This document shows, piece by piece, positions 25,401 to 38,334 of a DNA stretch of 59,626 bases. The translations under genes and the position numbers were made by a program. How positions within the stretch are numbered: the first letter of the stretch is position 1; every line of letters starts with the position of its first letter. The DNA is from Pelomyxa schiedti (taxonomy: Eukaryota; Protista; Evosea), in contig JAHLWZ010000566.1 of the NCBI GenBank assembly GCA_020536535.1, forward strand, positions 1 to 59,626. The letters run 5' to 3'. The notes beneath the pieces were generated by a model. That model ran no database searches and was not told where the DNA came from. It saw only the letters and a program-made list of their open reading frames with translations.

Positions 25401-27139
25401 CAGAATCTACGACCGATGTACCTTTGGAGAGCAAGCATGTCTGTAATGAAGGTGAAGGTGAAGTAAGGCCGATAGAAAGTATCACAGATGTTTCTCAAGA
25501 AGAGAAGAGAGATATTGTGGTGGAACTTGGTGGGGAGTCTAGTCTCCAAACTCCCGTTGTGGATCCTGGTATAGCAGAATCTCACGAAGAACAAAGCACC
25601 AGCACGCACATTGAGGTGCCTGATGCCGAAAATACCAGTTTAGATACGCACACAGAGGAGCTGCACACTGATGAAACAACCACTGAGGAAAAACAGAATG
25701 AGCAGCCTTCCGTGGGAGAGCTTCGTAGAGAGGAAAGCACAGAGGCTCCAAAAGTAGAGGCTACCGAGGAATCCAATTCTGAGCACGAGCTCAATGTGGC
25801 ACCTGACGCTGAGGAACCCTCCGTGGAACAGCCTACTTTGGCAGTGGAGACCAGTGCAACCAAGGCCGAGAATATCGTGGCAGAATCCACCACCGATGAA
25901 CATAGTTTGCCACAATCGAAGCAACCAGAGGAAGTGCGAGAACTTGAGACACAACCATCGGTAGTTGAAGAGCCCGAACACAGAACAGGAACAGAAGAAC
26001 CCGAACCCGAACACAGAACAGAAGAACCCGAACCCGAACACAGAACAGAAGAACCCAAGACAGAAGTTCTCCCTACAACTGATACGAGTTCGGAGATAAA
26101 ACTCGAGGAGCCCGCCGCTCCTATAGAAGAGACCACTCACATTTCAGAACCAGTTGTAACTGTAGATACGGTTCCAACAACCGATACTGTTCCGATTATT
26201 GAGCCAGTTCCTACCACAGAACCAGTTGTAACTGCAGACACTGTTCCAATTACAGAACCCGCCCCAACGACCGAGACTGTTCCAATTATTGAGCCAGTTC
26301 CTACCACAGAACCAGTTACAACCTTCGAGACAGTGTCGGAACCAGAACCGGTTCCACTTACAGAACCTACTTCAGTTCCCACAGAGACAACACAACTAAA
26401 TGAGAATATCAGTGCTATACAGGGAGATAATAGTACAAAGCCAGTGGATGACCCCGCAAGCGAACCAGAAAAACAGGTGAATGGAACTCCAAGTGACGAT
26501 GCAACTTTGGAGACACAGGTGGTCGAACTACACTCTAATGTGGACACAGTTCCGGCTGAACGTACTTCAGAGGAAGTACCCACCGAAGACACAAAACAAA
26601 CAGACATTTTGGAACAGGTTACCACTGTGGAATCAAGCTCTCCAACATTTGTGCCGGAGGAGAAACACAAGAAGAGTTCTTCTTCATCCTCTTCATCCAA
26701 GAAGAAGAAGAAATCGTCCTCCTCGTCATCAAAGAAGAAAAAATCCTCGTCCTCCTCAAAGAAGAAGTCTTCTTCGTCCTCCAAAAAGCACCTGAAGGTG
26801 GATGACAAAGAAGACAAAGAGGAAAGCACAGCACAGAGCAAATCTGAAGACAACCCAGCCTCTGTAGAGAAGAAACAGGAACCGGAACAGGAATGGGATG
26901 AAGAAGAAGACGAAACGGAGGCTACCGACACACCCGCAACAGAGCAAGTAGCAATACCAGAATCACCCCCACCCCCAGTACGCCCACTCTTCGTTTTGTC
27001 AAGTCCTTCACTTACCATAATACAGGAAACGCCTGATGTATTCATCCCACCACCAGATGTATCCATTCCGTCACCCGAGGGAACCATCACACTACCCGAC
27101 GATATACTACTACTACCATCACCACCAGACAACCTCTAA
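19415..27139 (+). CDS. FKBP15: FKBP15/WAFL-like protein: WH1-like domain, FKBP PPIase domain, long coiled coil, ~850-aa acidic repetitive tail; multi-exon
   Basis: MSDGDDFFL..SLNNIF..FKYVATPRQ; GAMGLALLAN; GDILGIKYTGWIL..WNEGLVDTKRGTKRVLVVPSSLAHG..IPPNANLVYEVEV; coiled coil; LKQVLNSVY helix. Confidence 0.8.
24757..24893 (+). repeat. 69-bp tandem coding duplication
   Basis: GEMDAxGExLEGSEGESxE occurs twice. Confidence 0.85.
25966..26345 (+). repeat. Coding tandem repeats (EEPEPEHRT; TEPVVT/TVPIIEPVPT)
   Basis: GAACCCGAACCCGAACACAGAACAGAA and ATTATTGAGCCAGTTCCTACCACAGAACCAGTT recur. Confidence 0.85.
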
Positions 27140-27205
27140 AACAAAAAATTTTTTTTCTATTACTTTTTCCCCGGTTTCTTATGCTTTCCCCTAATCGTAG
27201 CTGGG

Positions 27206-28036
27206 ATGATGCACCCTTCTGGGCAGCGAAGAGGCACTACGCTGTATCAACTGCTGTGCAGTGGTGCCATTCCACCCGACGCAGTCGCTACATTGGCGCC
27301 AGAGTCCAGGCCCCACGTCTCTTCGCTCTCGTTTCGTCGCCGCAATCCTTCGTCTGCAAATTCGACTACTACAACCACCACCACGACTGCTAGTAGCTCC
27401 GCAATCGACGGCGGCGACAACGACGGGGGAGTGGTGGCGACGTGCAGCGTGTGGTCCAAGTCGTTGCCCCGCGACGCCGCGATGCCGTGCACGGCGCAGG
27501 CCCTGAGGGACTCCATGTCCCGAATGGCGTTCGGCGTGGTGCTGGCCCACGGCGGCTACTTCGCGGCGGCGACGTGCGGGCCAGCGGGCGAGGCGTCGGG
27601 GTCGGCGCACCGGGCGACGCACTGCGCCGTGTCCCACAATGGCGAGTACGACCGCGGCAAGTTTGTGCGCGCGGCGTCGAGCAACCTCGACCGCGGGGGC
27701 GCGCTCGGCGCCGCGCTGGCCGCGTGCTCGGTCGTGCTCGTGCACCTGCCCGGGAAGAACGCGGCCCTCAGGCCCAAGTGGCTGGTCGACACCTCCACGT
27801 GCTTGGTGATTGGGGTGCCCTTTGCTCCCAAGGGACGCCCTTGCTTCGAAGAAGCAGTAGCCGTTCTACGCAAGTTCTTGTGTCCAATCGATGCCAAGTA
27901 CTAATTTGTTATTGCATGTAGGTATTCTATTCTCAGGTTATTTTTTTTTTTCCCCTTTACAAACGTGCAAACAAACATGACTTTTTTCCCCCACTGCTTT
28001 GCCGCTTACACTAAAATTGACCATAGGCATTTGTAA
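27206..28036 (+). CDS. Stand-alone divergent VLRF1 (Vms1/ANKZF1-like release factor fold) protein
   Basis: GVVLAHGGYFAAA, VVLVHLPGKNAAL, VIGVPFAPKGRPCFEEAVAVLRK match ANKZF1-type VLxxAGHFAGA, ILLRAP, IPLATRRPTFQELQRVL; last two small exons (..KYSILRHL*) inferred, unspliced ORF ends at 27904. Confidence 0.6.
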
Positions 28037-28350
28037 CATTTTATTATAAAAACAAGTTCTGGTAAGGATAGACCATTTTTTAAAATGGTCCTAGTGTTGC
28101 TTGTCGACTATTATCGATTAACATAATACAGCCCACACTGGAGGGTTTAAGAGAATGTCTCATTCACCTAGGTTGGTTTTTAGGCCGATTTGATAGAACG
28201 AAAAAGATACTCAAATATCAGGAAGAAGAGGGCGGCTTTGTCTTCCCGTCGGCACTTTCCTGGGGTTTTGGTTCAATGTGTGGGTGCTTCTGTATCTTGC
28301 GTTTATCTTCCCTATTGGGTGCTGTGAGTGAAGTGGATGTTCCCCTTGCC

Positions 28351-31300
28351 TTACTTGAAAATTTTCTTTGCAAGTTTCTGAATAAACTTCTCATCTTTCG
28401 GATTTCTGTTTGATATTTTAGTTGTAAATAAGGAAAGTGAGAGAAGTCCTACGGAGATCCATCTTCCAATGCCTTACTCATTTCAAACAAAGCATCTTCG
28501 GATTCTTCCACATGCACCGTTTCTAAAAAGTGCTGAATTGAATACACTGGAATGAGGTTATATGTTGTTCCCTGGAACTTGGCAAGTTCCCTAGTGGAAA
28601 TGTTATAAACAATTGGAACAAGAAAGTAATTGCCTGATCACTTTGGCCAATCGGCGCCATTTTGCGAAATTTATCATTTTTTCACCCGAGGGTGATTCTA
28701 TTGTGTCCGGATTTCCTTGGTTAAGGAACAGACAGTCCGTGATGCTTATGCCTGAAGCATAATTAGTTTAAACATTTCCTTTTGGTCAATAAACCTAGGA
28801 ATGGTACACAGGGATGCTTTGGATGCTTTTCGAAAATAGTTTGTAACCTGGCACGGTATTCTTGATGGTTCTCATTTGAGGAAATGAATCTCTCAAGTTG
28901 GCAGAAAATTTCCATAGTATTGCTTGGTAAAATCTATTGCGAATAAGAAAGAAGATTGTGCTTGAAGAATAAACCCTCCAAGTAGACCGAAGTCTGTGGA
29001 TAGCTGAGCTTCCAAGACTTGACATTATTTCTTTTACTGTAGATAAATTGTTGATGCCTAGTGAAGCCTAGAAAATGGTGAATGCTAGTATGCCAGAAAA
29101 TGCTTCAAACCATGGCTACAAGGATGAACTTGTGTAGAACAAAGGCCCGTGCCACGATATCTTTTTGAGCCAAGATCTCTGTGGAAACCCAATTCACATG
29201 CTTTTTTTTAATCCATTATTTCACAGGGTTCCTGTAGGAAAAGTGGAACAAACCCTGTTAATTTTGGCTGTCATTTCCGTGATATTTTTGAAGTTCTCCC
29301 TATTCTTATTAGCCATTTTGTATACAAATTCTGAAGATCTGATTTTCATGAAGCTTTCATATTCAATAAGGGCCATTTGGCGTGCAACCTGTAGAGTTGT
29401 ATTAAGGTTGGTGCTATTTGGGTTTGAATAACCTCCTCTGGGTGAAGGTCAAAGAAGGAGGTGATGTGAGGTATATCTTCGTACAGTATAGGCGTTGGGG
29501 GTGCGGTACGCTGGACTCCAACATTTGGAATGATTTGAGGTCTGGTTTCAATCTTGGAAGCTCAGAACATGCAAAAAAAAAAAAAAAATAAATAAATTTG
29601 CACATACCACAGTTTGCAAGTTGCCAATTAATACACGGCATGGTGGAAATCTGTCTACAAATTCGAGAAGAGCTTGACGGCATTGTTCTTGAAGTGCTGG
29701 GTCATACTTAAAGTCTTCTGGGCAAAGCATGAACCAATACTTCATTAAGTTGGAAATTCTTTGTAAGATTAGATGCAGGGTGGGGAGGTAAAAGAAACCT
29801 CAGTCGAATTTGATTGAGTTTCGTCTTTCTATAAATTTCCCAGTCCGTTCCTTCAGGCCTTGGTGCAAAAAACCTTGTTTTTATGGTTACTGCATGGGGA
29901 GGTGGAGAAAGGCTATTGATGAACCGTGCATGCAGCAATTCTAAGAATTCAGATGACGCACTGAAAATGCGATATGTCAAGAGGAATGCTCCCATATCGT
30001 CATCATCACCACTTAACCTTCCTATCGATTTTATTTTTAGTTGGCTTTCTTCCTATTTGTTTGTGCATACTAGGTTGGATATCAGATGTGAAGTAATGAA
30101 CAAGCTTGTAAATAGTGGCAGCTTTAATAGGGGGTGCTCCACCCTCTTCAGTTGCTTCACTTTGTAGCAGTTACATAAAAGAGATTGGTAATAATGCAAC
30201 CTGAAAATGCTATTGTTTTCTGAATAAGGTTCTTCCACTTTTTGAAAACGAGGCTCTGTGAATCGAGGCATGTCTTCTTCTCTTTCCTCCTATCATTGAC
30301 ATCAAAATTGAGCAAATCACTTTTGCAAGTTTCACATACAGGAATCCCAACTCTGGATCCAGACCAAGGTGATAATGAACAGGAAGGGTTTAAGTCCAGA
30401 AAGATGTTGGATTTCCCTCTCACTTCTTCAGGAGTCTAAGGTGTATGTGAGCTGGTAGGTTTCTTTTAATTCCTTGCTTAACTTAGGCGGCCTATCAAAA
30501 GCAGTTGCCGATGATGCCCGAGGTCTATGTTCGACCTGAGGCAATGAGTGAAAGGAAAAAAAGGGGGAGACATTTAGAAGGGATTAAAGAGTTATGGAAG
30601 TATTAACTGTGAGAGATGGCTTACTACTCACAGTGACCTTGCCTAAATGTAACGTGTAAAAGGCAAAAGGCATGGAGAGAGGAAAAATATTTAAAATTTT
30701 TGAGTACCAGCTGCTTTTTTCAGTGCCAGGTTAGCTTCAGAGAGATTGAATTGCGCATTACAACATGGACATGTAACAGCAACATATACCTCACCACCTG
30801 AAGTGTCATCACTGTCAGAGGGATTGATCATCAATGGTGGTGCTGTGCTTGGAATAGTGCAACTGAGAGTTGGGCTGGATGTAGAGGTTGATGTGGTGAT
30901 GGATGTGAGAGATATAGTTGGCACAGAAGTGAAAGTTGGAGTTGCAGGTCCAGAAGGTGGTGTAGACACATGTGAAGTGTTGCTCACACCCCCTTCATCT
31001 ACAGGGGCAACTAAGTCAATGAAGGCAACTACTTGTGAGTGATGACGGTGATGGTGTGAATTGTTCAATGTTACTTTCAGTGGAATTACCTTATCCACTC
31101 CAGTATCCTACACAATGCGTATCTTACTTTTTAATCCCCAACACATTACATATTTCCATCAAAGCACGAAGCGTTATTTGAAAGAAAAAAAAAAAAAAAA
31201 AAACGCGAACAAAAAATGAAAAAAAAAAAAAAAGGGGGGGTTCCCAAACTTCAATTCTGAATAGGGACTGACACCGCCTCGTGGTCTGCTTGCGTGAGTG

Positions 31301-31456
31301 TCTGACGTGATCATCAGACGTTCCCGATGCGGAACCCGCGGACGACGTCACCACCACGGTTGGAACCGTCATTATGGGAGGGGGCGCTGTCGCCCCTGGC
31401 CTCGGGCTCATGCTCCCTCTGTCGTTTGATTGGTCAATCTCAGACGAGTCGGACAT
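28351..31456 (-). CDS. RasGEF (REM + CDC25) domain protein; multi-exon
   Basis: AFLLTYRIFSASSEFLELLHARF, KYWFMLCPEDF, VARQMALIEYESFMKI, LGSSAIHRLRSTW, FLNQGNPD, INFAKWRRLAKVI; 3' end approximate. Confidence 0.85.
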
Positions 31457-31625
31457 GTTGAACGAGTTTTTGCTTGTTGTCCTTTTTGTTCTTTCGCTTT
31501 GTTGAACCCGGCGATTTTCAGATAAAAAGAGAATTCCAGATTGATTTGGGATTTGGTGCGGTGCTACACAGACAGAAGAATGTGGGGGTGGTTTCTGTTT
31601 ATATAGTACAAAAGGGCTCTGGGCC

Positions 31626-34607
31626 TCAGAGCCTGTTGTTGGATTCAGCCTTGATTTTGGCCAAAGAATCCAAAGCCTGTTGTAGAACTGGCCTCGTGCC
31701 GCCGTCGTGGTCAGCCAACAGGTGGTAGTTTCTGAGAAGCATCAAGACAGATGCCTTTAGCAACTCAGACTGAGCCGTGAGGCTCTGGGAGTACTCCAGA
31801 GACTGGTAGATAAGCATCACATTCTCCGCATTGAGCTGTTTGTGCAGCGATGTTTCGCATGCCTTCTGCAGACTCGGGTGCCCATATCTGTATTTCCGGT
31901 ACGTGAAATTAGAATTGGTGCGGAAGAATCCCCTCCACTTCTCACTCAAAGAAAGAGCATTCATACTTTACGGCGAGCGCGTGGAGGTTGAGCAGTCCTT
32001 GCTGGTCATCAAACTTCACTGAGAGCTCAGTTGTATATAGAAACACAAGAAAGGCGCGAAAGGCTTGAAGGTCTGTGTCTTCGAGCACTATTCTGGACTG
32101 GACACCTTCTTTCCAAGCCCCGCTTTTTTTCCCCCTAGTGTCAGGGAAAGAAGCTTCTAATGCGGAGATACCTGAGCATGCGATGAAAGAAGTCGCATTG
32201 CCCGCTAAGTACGATTCTGTGAGCATAAAGGTCTTGTCCTTCAACAACTAGAACAACATCACTGAACTCTTTGTTGAAGAGGAATCTGGGCCGATTTTAA
32301 AAGTGGAAATAAGATTGGATGTACCAACCGTCCAAGATGCTGCATGAAAGGCGCAGGGGTAAATGTAGTTGAGGGTATTGCAGGAGAAACTGCATTACAA
32401 AGAAGAGGTAATGGGAGATTGTTGAACGCATCAGGGACAGTGAAGTCCGCCCCATGTTCAATGAGCAACTTAGAAAGAGTAGGTAGGAGCAATTATATAG
32501 TAAGTAACGGAACCTTCGTAAGAGGAATATTGAATGTCCTTGAGAACGGTTAGAGGGATTCTCTAAATATAAGGCATATTACTTGCAAGCCAAGTGGAGA
32601 GCTGTCTCTTTGGTGTTCTCCAATATGGCATTGGTATCGGCTACATTCTCCAGTAGTAATTTTACAACAGGTAGAGACCCTGCCTTAATGGCTGCGTGAA
32701 GACAAGGGATTCCCTATTTTAACTTTGATTCAGACCCAAGGAAGGTTGCGTTTGAAGGTAACTTGAAAAGTCGAATTTACTGAGGCTCCTTTTGCGATTA
32801 ATGTAGTCACTTCTTTCAAGCTCGCAGAGGAACAAGCATTCCACAAAGAAGTAGAAATGTCTGTGACAGTAGCAGAACTTGGTGTAAAAGTTAATTTACA
32901 GAATCAGAATTATTTCTATCCATACGAGGCTGAGACATCTAGACCAGACGACATATCTTGCATTTTGTTTACAGTTTGCGTGAGGCTGGCCCTAGCGCTT
33001 CTGTACCCTGGAAAGTCAATGTAAGTGGTTGTGAGTGTAGAAATTACGTACATGGTTGTGCAAGTATTGTGGGAATATTGTGCATTGTAATAATAATCGA
33101 TAAAGCAGCATTTGCTGCAGACAGATTCGATCGCATCCCAAACTTAGATGTAGATGGGGGAATTTTGGCAAATTTTCTAAGCAGAAGTTCAGAAGAGTCA
33201 ATCTGGCAGTAAAACAGTACTGCTCAGCGAAACTGCAAAAAAGTTTCGCACAGTGAACAATAGCATCAGTAGCTTTGGGGAGAAACTCTTCAGAAAAATT
33301 GCTGGACTTGAATGAGAGCTCTCGGAAACTACTAGTAATTGTATTATACTGTGCCAATACAAATGACATGTTGTCACTGCAGTTTTTAATATTCATTGCT
33401 ATTTGGAGTGTAAGGTCAGAGAATGAAAAACGACAAGTTACTTGATGCAGTATTAGTAATTGTTTGATAAGCTCTGTGTATGCTAGTGACCTGCTTTAAT
33501 TCCACGATGACATCATCTGGAAAATTGATAGCTGCAAGCTGCGAAGGAGAAAGGTTATCGGCCTTCTCAGAGAGTGCATAAGCAGACTAGATATAGGGCA
33601 TAAGAAATTTTATCTCGCAAAGACGGGTAAAACTTTTGCAAACTCAGCCGTTTCTTCAATAGGAAAATTCCTACTCGCTAAGGAGTTATAACCTGATCGC
33701 AGCTCATGAACTTGTTCTGAAGTGACAGTGGACACAAAAGCCGATTTAAAGCTTGAAGCCTTGGCCTATTTCAATGAGAAAAAAATTTCCAAAAGGGGCT
33801 CCGTATACCATCATTTCTTCTTGGTGAGTTTGTTTGGCCACTGGCTGTGGAAGTACTCGCACAACGTGAGTTAGTTGATTGCGAGCACGTGGTGGAGGAA
33901 CCGGAGGAGCATTGGCAGAAAGTGGATGAGGAGGAGGTGGCGGGGGTGGGGGTGGTGGACAGACTTCAGGCCCTGTTGTTGAACTTTCCAAGCAGTTTGA
34001 CGATCGAGCAAACCCAATGGAACGGCACAGTAACGAAACCAGCGCCTAGGTGAATCAGAATGGGACACAGTAAAGATAAGTTCAAAATGAAACATAGTAA
34101 GACAAACTGAAAAGTTGCCAGGATCACTGTCCTCAATGGGATGTAACCCACACGTATTAGAGTGTTCCACTACAGCACCCGAAGTGGAAGCAGAAACAGT
34201 TAATTCTTCTGAACTTTCATCTGGTGCGTCAGGTGCAACAGCAACAGCCTCAGTCTCTGTCTCTGTCGCAGACTCACCAGATGCGGCGCCGTCACCACTG
34301 GCCGCGACCGGTTCCTCTTCCATGCATGACCACAGCCGGTTCTGAGCCACACTCCACACCAGCACAGAAGAGCCACAGCCACCGCCGGGACTCGAACCCG
34401 CGACCCCGCGCATGGTCCTCACAGAGAAATCCAAGCCCCCGGCGCACACGACGTCGCAAAGACGGCCAGCCTCGTCGACGTGCCTGTGCTCGAGGCCACA
34501 CGATACCAGCCTGGTCTGAGCATAGAAATCAAGCCTCAGCACAGTCCCTTCACGTTCCACAAGCACCCAGAAACTACGTGAGGACGAGGGCACAGTGCTG
34601 GGTAGGC

Positions 34608-34638
<31 letters not shown>

Positions 34639-35107
34639 GCACTCTGTAGATGTAGTCGAGGTCGATGTGGATGTGTCAGTGGAAGACTCTGTACGGCAGC
34701 AGAGCTCGGGTGGGACCAACTTGGGGTCCAGGGAGGCAAGCAGCTCGGCAAGCCTGTCACAAACCAAGGACAAAAAAGTCATTCTCTACCTCTTTTCGAA
34801 GTACTTCACTTGTGCAGTGTATTCTTGTTGTTTGAATGGATTGTGGGCTTGAGGTTTTTTTCCTGGTGTACCATAATTTCTCGAAAGGCAATGTTTTCAG
34901 GTGAACCACTGGGGTTATTAATAAACCACACACCAAGTGGGTGAGGAAGGTGATTAGGGTTGACGAGTGAGTGAGAGCAATTCCCATTTCGGAGCCGCCA
35001 ATCGATTTAGGGGTAAATTCACACCAAACCGCCAGAATGAAAAGAGCCAGCAAAAACTTACCACGTTGCCGCAAAAAGTATTTGAAGATCTCCACATCAT
35101 TTTGCAT
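31626..35107 (-). CDS. Ankyrin-repeat and BTB/POZ domain protein with low-complexity N-terminus; multi-exon
   Basis: PCLHAAIKAGSLPVVKLLL, TALHLAC, LLIEHGAD ankyrins; BTB WKEGVQSRIVLEDTDLQAFRAFLVFLYT..LHALAVKY..LQKACE; exon 34097-34755 splices in frame to the Pro-rich exon; extreme 5' exons uncertain. Confidence 0.7.
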
Positions 35108-35221
35108 AAAAAAATCTTTGCTGGTGCGAACGAAAGAAAAAAAAAAAGAAACGGGGAAAAAAAAAAAAAGAAAACAAACGACGAATACACACGGCATCAG
35201 CGGGGACGACAGCGGAAAACG

Positions 35222-35529
35222 ATGATAGGCGACACCCACGGGTCACCCGAAAACACGCGTCGGCGAGCGGCGACGTGCCCGTCGCCGTCGCAGTCGCAGT
35301 CGAAAGATTGGCGGTTGAAGCAAGAGGGGCGTCTCCTGGTGAAACTGACCATCGAACTGCCCGAAGCGTCGTTTCGCGAGATCCGGCGCGTGGCGATGGC
35401 GTCGCGGCCGTCGCTGGAGCAGCTGCGGGGCTTGGTGGACCAGCTGCTGCTGCAGTCTGTGCCGCGTGAGTCCGTGGCTCTCATGTGGCTGGACGAGGAA
35501 GGAGTACGTGCGGCACTGCCAATCCACCT

Positions 35530-35579
<50 letters not shown>

Positions 35580-38143
35580 TCAGTGTTTCGGTTTTTCTTT
35601 CTTTATTGTTTCCATTGTGTTGTATGACTTTAATAACGATAGTAAAAGAAATTAGGGTGTTTTCTTTTTTTCCCCCCCTGTTTGACCTAACTTGAACATC
35701 TTTTTTTGTTGGTTAGGACCTTGTTACTATGTCTACACAAAGCGAACTTGACCACGCACTTGACCTTATATGGGAAGAGGGCATTTTACGATTATTCGTG
35801 AAGCGTGCTTCCCCTGCTGCTTCCTGCTTCCGAGCGAAGCAGGTAATATTGTTGCAACCATTCCTTCCCTCACGTTCTCACTTGTTTTTTTAGCGTTCAA
35901 GCTTGGGGCAACCGAATCTGCCCTGTCCTCCACCACCCTGGTTAGTCGGTAATTTACGACAGCCACCCCAGATTGCATGCATGCAAGATTTCTTCCATCG
36001 CATTATGATGACAATACATAACTCTGGTACATTTCACATCAATTCCCAACAAATTATTGTATAAAATTGTGTATCGATACCAATGTAAGTTTAGCACACA
36101 TGGCACATTTGCACTGCAAGATGAGAAACCTCTTCTTCAACGAAGATCTGATGCACTGCGATCCATGCCTTTCACCTACCATGTGCAGAGACACGAGAGA
36201 AGAGAAATCGCTTTTCTGCAACCTGGATTTGCCTTCCCCTCCTCCAACACCCCCCCACTCACCTATAATGCAATCCACAAAGCCTCCCGATTCCTCCCCT
36301 CTTCCAGATTACAACACCCCTCCAACTTCACTCCCTCCCTCACCGAATTATCCTTGTCCCCCACCACCACTATGCCAACAGTCAACACCCATCCCCATGC
36401 AACAACCCAACCAACCTGAGGAGAACAATAATATATGCCAACAAACAGAATATCATCAACCAGAACAGCAACAAAAAAACCCCCCACCTGTAGACATTAG
36501 TAAACCAGTTTTAATTCAAGAATTACAACTGCCTCCCCCACCGCCACCACCCCCAGCTACTGTTTCCCTCTCTCAACCACCTTCAAACCCATCACCACAT
36601 CCTCCCAATTTTCCAAACCCTGTACTACCGTTAGATATCAATGCCAATCCAATCCCACCAACACCCCAGCCCAATTCCCCACAAGCAGCTTTGACAGGAA
36701 CCGCTTCCCCACAAGCCACACCATCCGGTGCAGTAACACCCACATCCCACCCCTGTTGTCCAGAAAACGCCATACCTGAATTCAGCAATTTCGTGGAACA
36801 GCTAGTGGCCTTGCCTGTGGTGAAAAATACCCTCACGGAACTAGTACCCCAGCTTGTGCCAGACTTCGTCGATAAAATAGACCTATGGTGTGTTTACAAA
36901 ACAATGGGAGTTATTCTGATGCCTGATAAAGGTATGAATGGCTTGCCTCACCGGACTCGGCACAAGAAGTTGAGCCGAGAATTATTTGTGATGGGTGCAG
37001 TCAAGCGATAACAGGATGTATGTAATGATATGAACACTTGTTAACAATGCACCTAATCAGCCGCTCTCAAAGCCAGGTTCAAGTGTGCTGCCTGTGTAGA
37101 TTACGATTTATGTTCTGACTGTGTAAATAAAGTAAAATTCCACCTCTTTATTACTGACAAAACTCACTGTGGTCTAAAAAAAAAAAACAACAGCGAGACA
37201 TCCACAACCCCGAGCACTCTTTTCACAAAATACCAGCAGCGTCAAGTATGAGATGGTGCCCTTACTCGCGGAAATTCTGGCCCAAGAAGTATTTCGCCTC
37301 CCCTCCCACAATCCCGCGCTCCTCACTCAAGGGTTCCCAATTCAGGTGTTGCAAGCCGCTGCCTTCGTGCGACCTGGCTACGAACGCGGCCGCGAGCGCC
37401 GTGCAGGCGGCGTGCTGCCCGACGACGGCGACGGTGGCGTGCTGCGCCAGCGCCATACCGCTGTGCATGTGCCCAGAGTCGATGATGCTCGCCAAGTGCG
37501 TCGCCGACGGCACGCTGGAGGACGGGATGCTGATCGAGACCGGCGTCACGTACGTGAAGATATGGACGGTGGAGAACGAGGGCAAGAGGCCGTGGCCCCA
37601 GGGCTCCAGGCTGGTCTTCGTCCAGGGCGACAGGATGTCGGCCCCAGAGTCGATGGAAGTGCGGCCGATCATGCCTGGCTCGCGCACCGAGCTCGCCGTC
37701 GAAGTCACAGCATCGTATGAGCTCCCACAATTACTTTTTTTTTTTCTTCTTGCCCACTGACCAAAAAAAAAAAAAACCCTCACAGAGAGCCGAGACGCCA
37801 CCTGGGATTCTGGCAACTTGTTGGGCCTGACAACAAACCGTTTGGGCAGCGTCTGTGGGTGGACGTGATAGCAGTGCCAAAAGAACAGACGCCGGCGACA
37901 CCTCCCCAGGCGTCGCCAAGCAGCTCGGACCCAGATTCGCCGCCGCAGTCGCCCGCGCACGCGCCGTTGGACGACGCCGACATCCCGACGGAGCTAGATC
38001 TGCCGACCAAGGAGGAACAGACGAACCTGGAAACACTGGCGTCCATGGGGTTTTGTGACACGGGCCTCAACTTGTGGCTACTTCGTACCCACAAAAACAA
38101 CCTGTGTGAGACACTGAGGGAGCTTCTCTCGCACCAAGACTGA
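35222..38143 (+). CDS. NBR1: NBR1/p62-like selective autophagy receptor (PB1, ZZ, FW, UBA); multi-exon
   Basis: PB1 LLVKL..EIRR..MWLDEEG/DLVTMSTQSEL; ZZ IICDGCSQAITG/RFKCAACVDYDLCSDC; FW YVKIWTVENEGKRPWPQG..FGQRLWVDV; UBA LASMGFCD. Confidence 0.85.
35531..35577 (+). repeat. Intronic poly-T tract (~47 nt)
   Basis: Homopolymer in first intron of the NBR1-like gene. Confidence 0.9.
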
Positions 38144-38334
38144 GAGATCGTTGGCACCACCAGCACCAAAGCAAAGACACACCAACACCCACAAGCTTTT
38201 TTGTTTTTGTTGTTACTATATTCTTAAATGCAATTTTAATGACACCCAGTAAGCCGGGGAATAGTGCCAAACGGCTTGGCAGAGGCACAAAGGAAAAACA
38301 GGCCAAAATATCTCATAAACAAAGATATAACCTA

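Noticed and set aside
24520-27132. Long antisense ORFs (321, 184 and 331 aa)
   Set aside because: Shadow frames of the low-complexity acidic exon; no independent motifs
34375-34410. Minus-strand GGTCGCGGGTTCGAGTCCCG tRNA/B-box-like motif
   Set aside because: No convincing cloverleaf; encodes VAGSSPG within an exon
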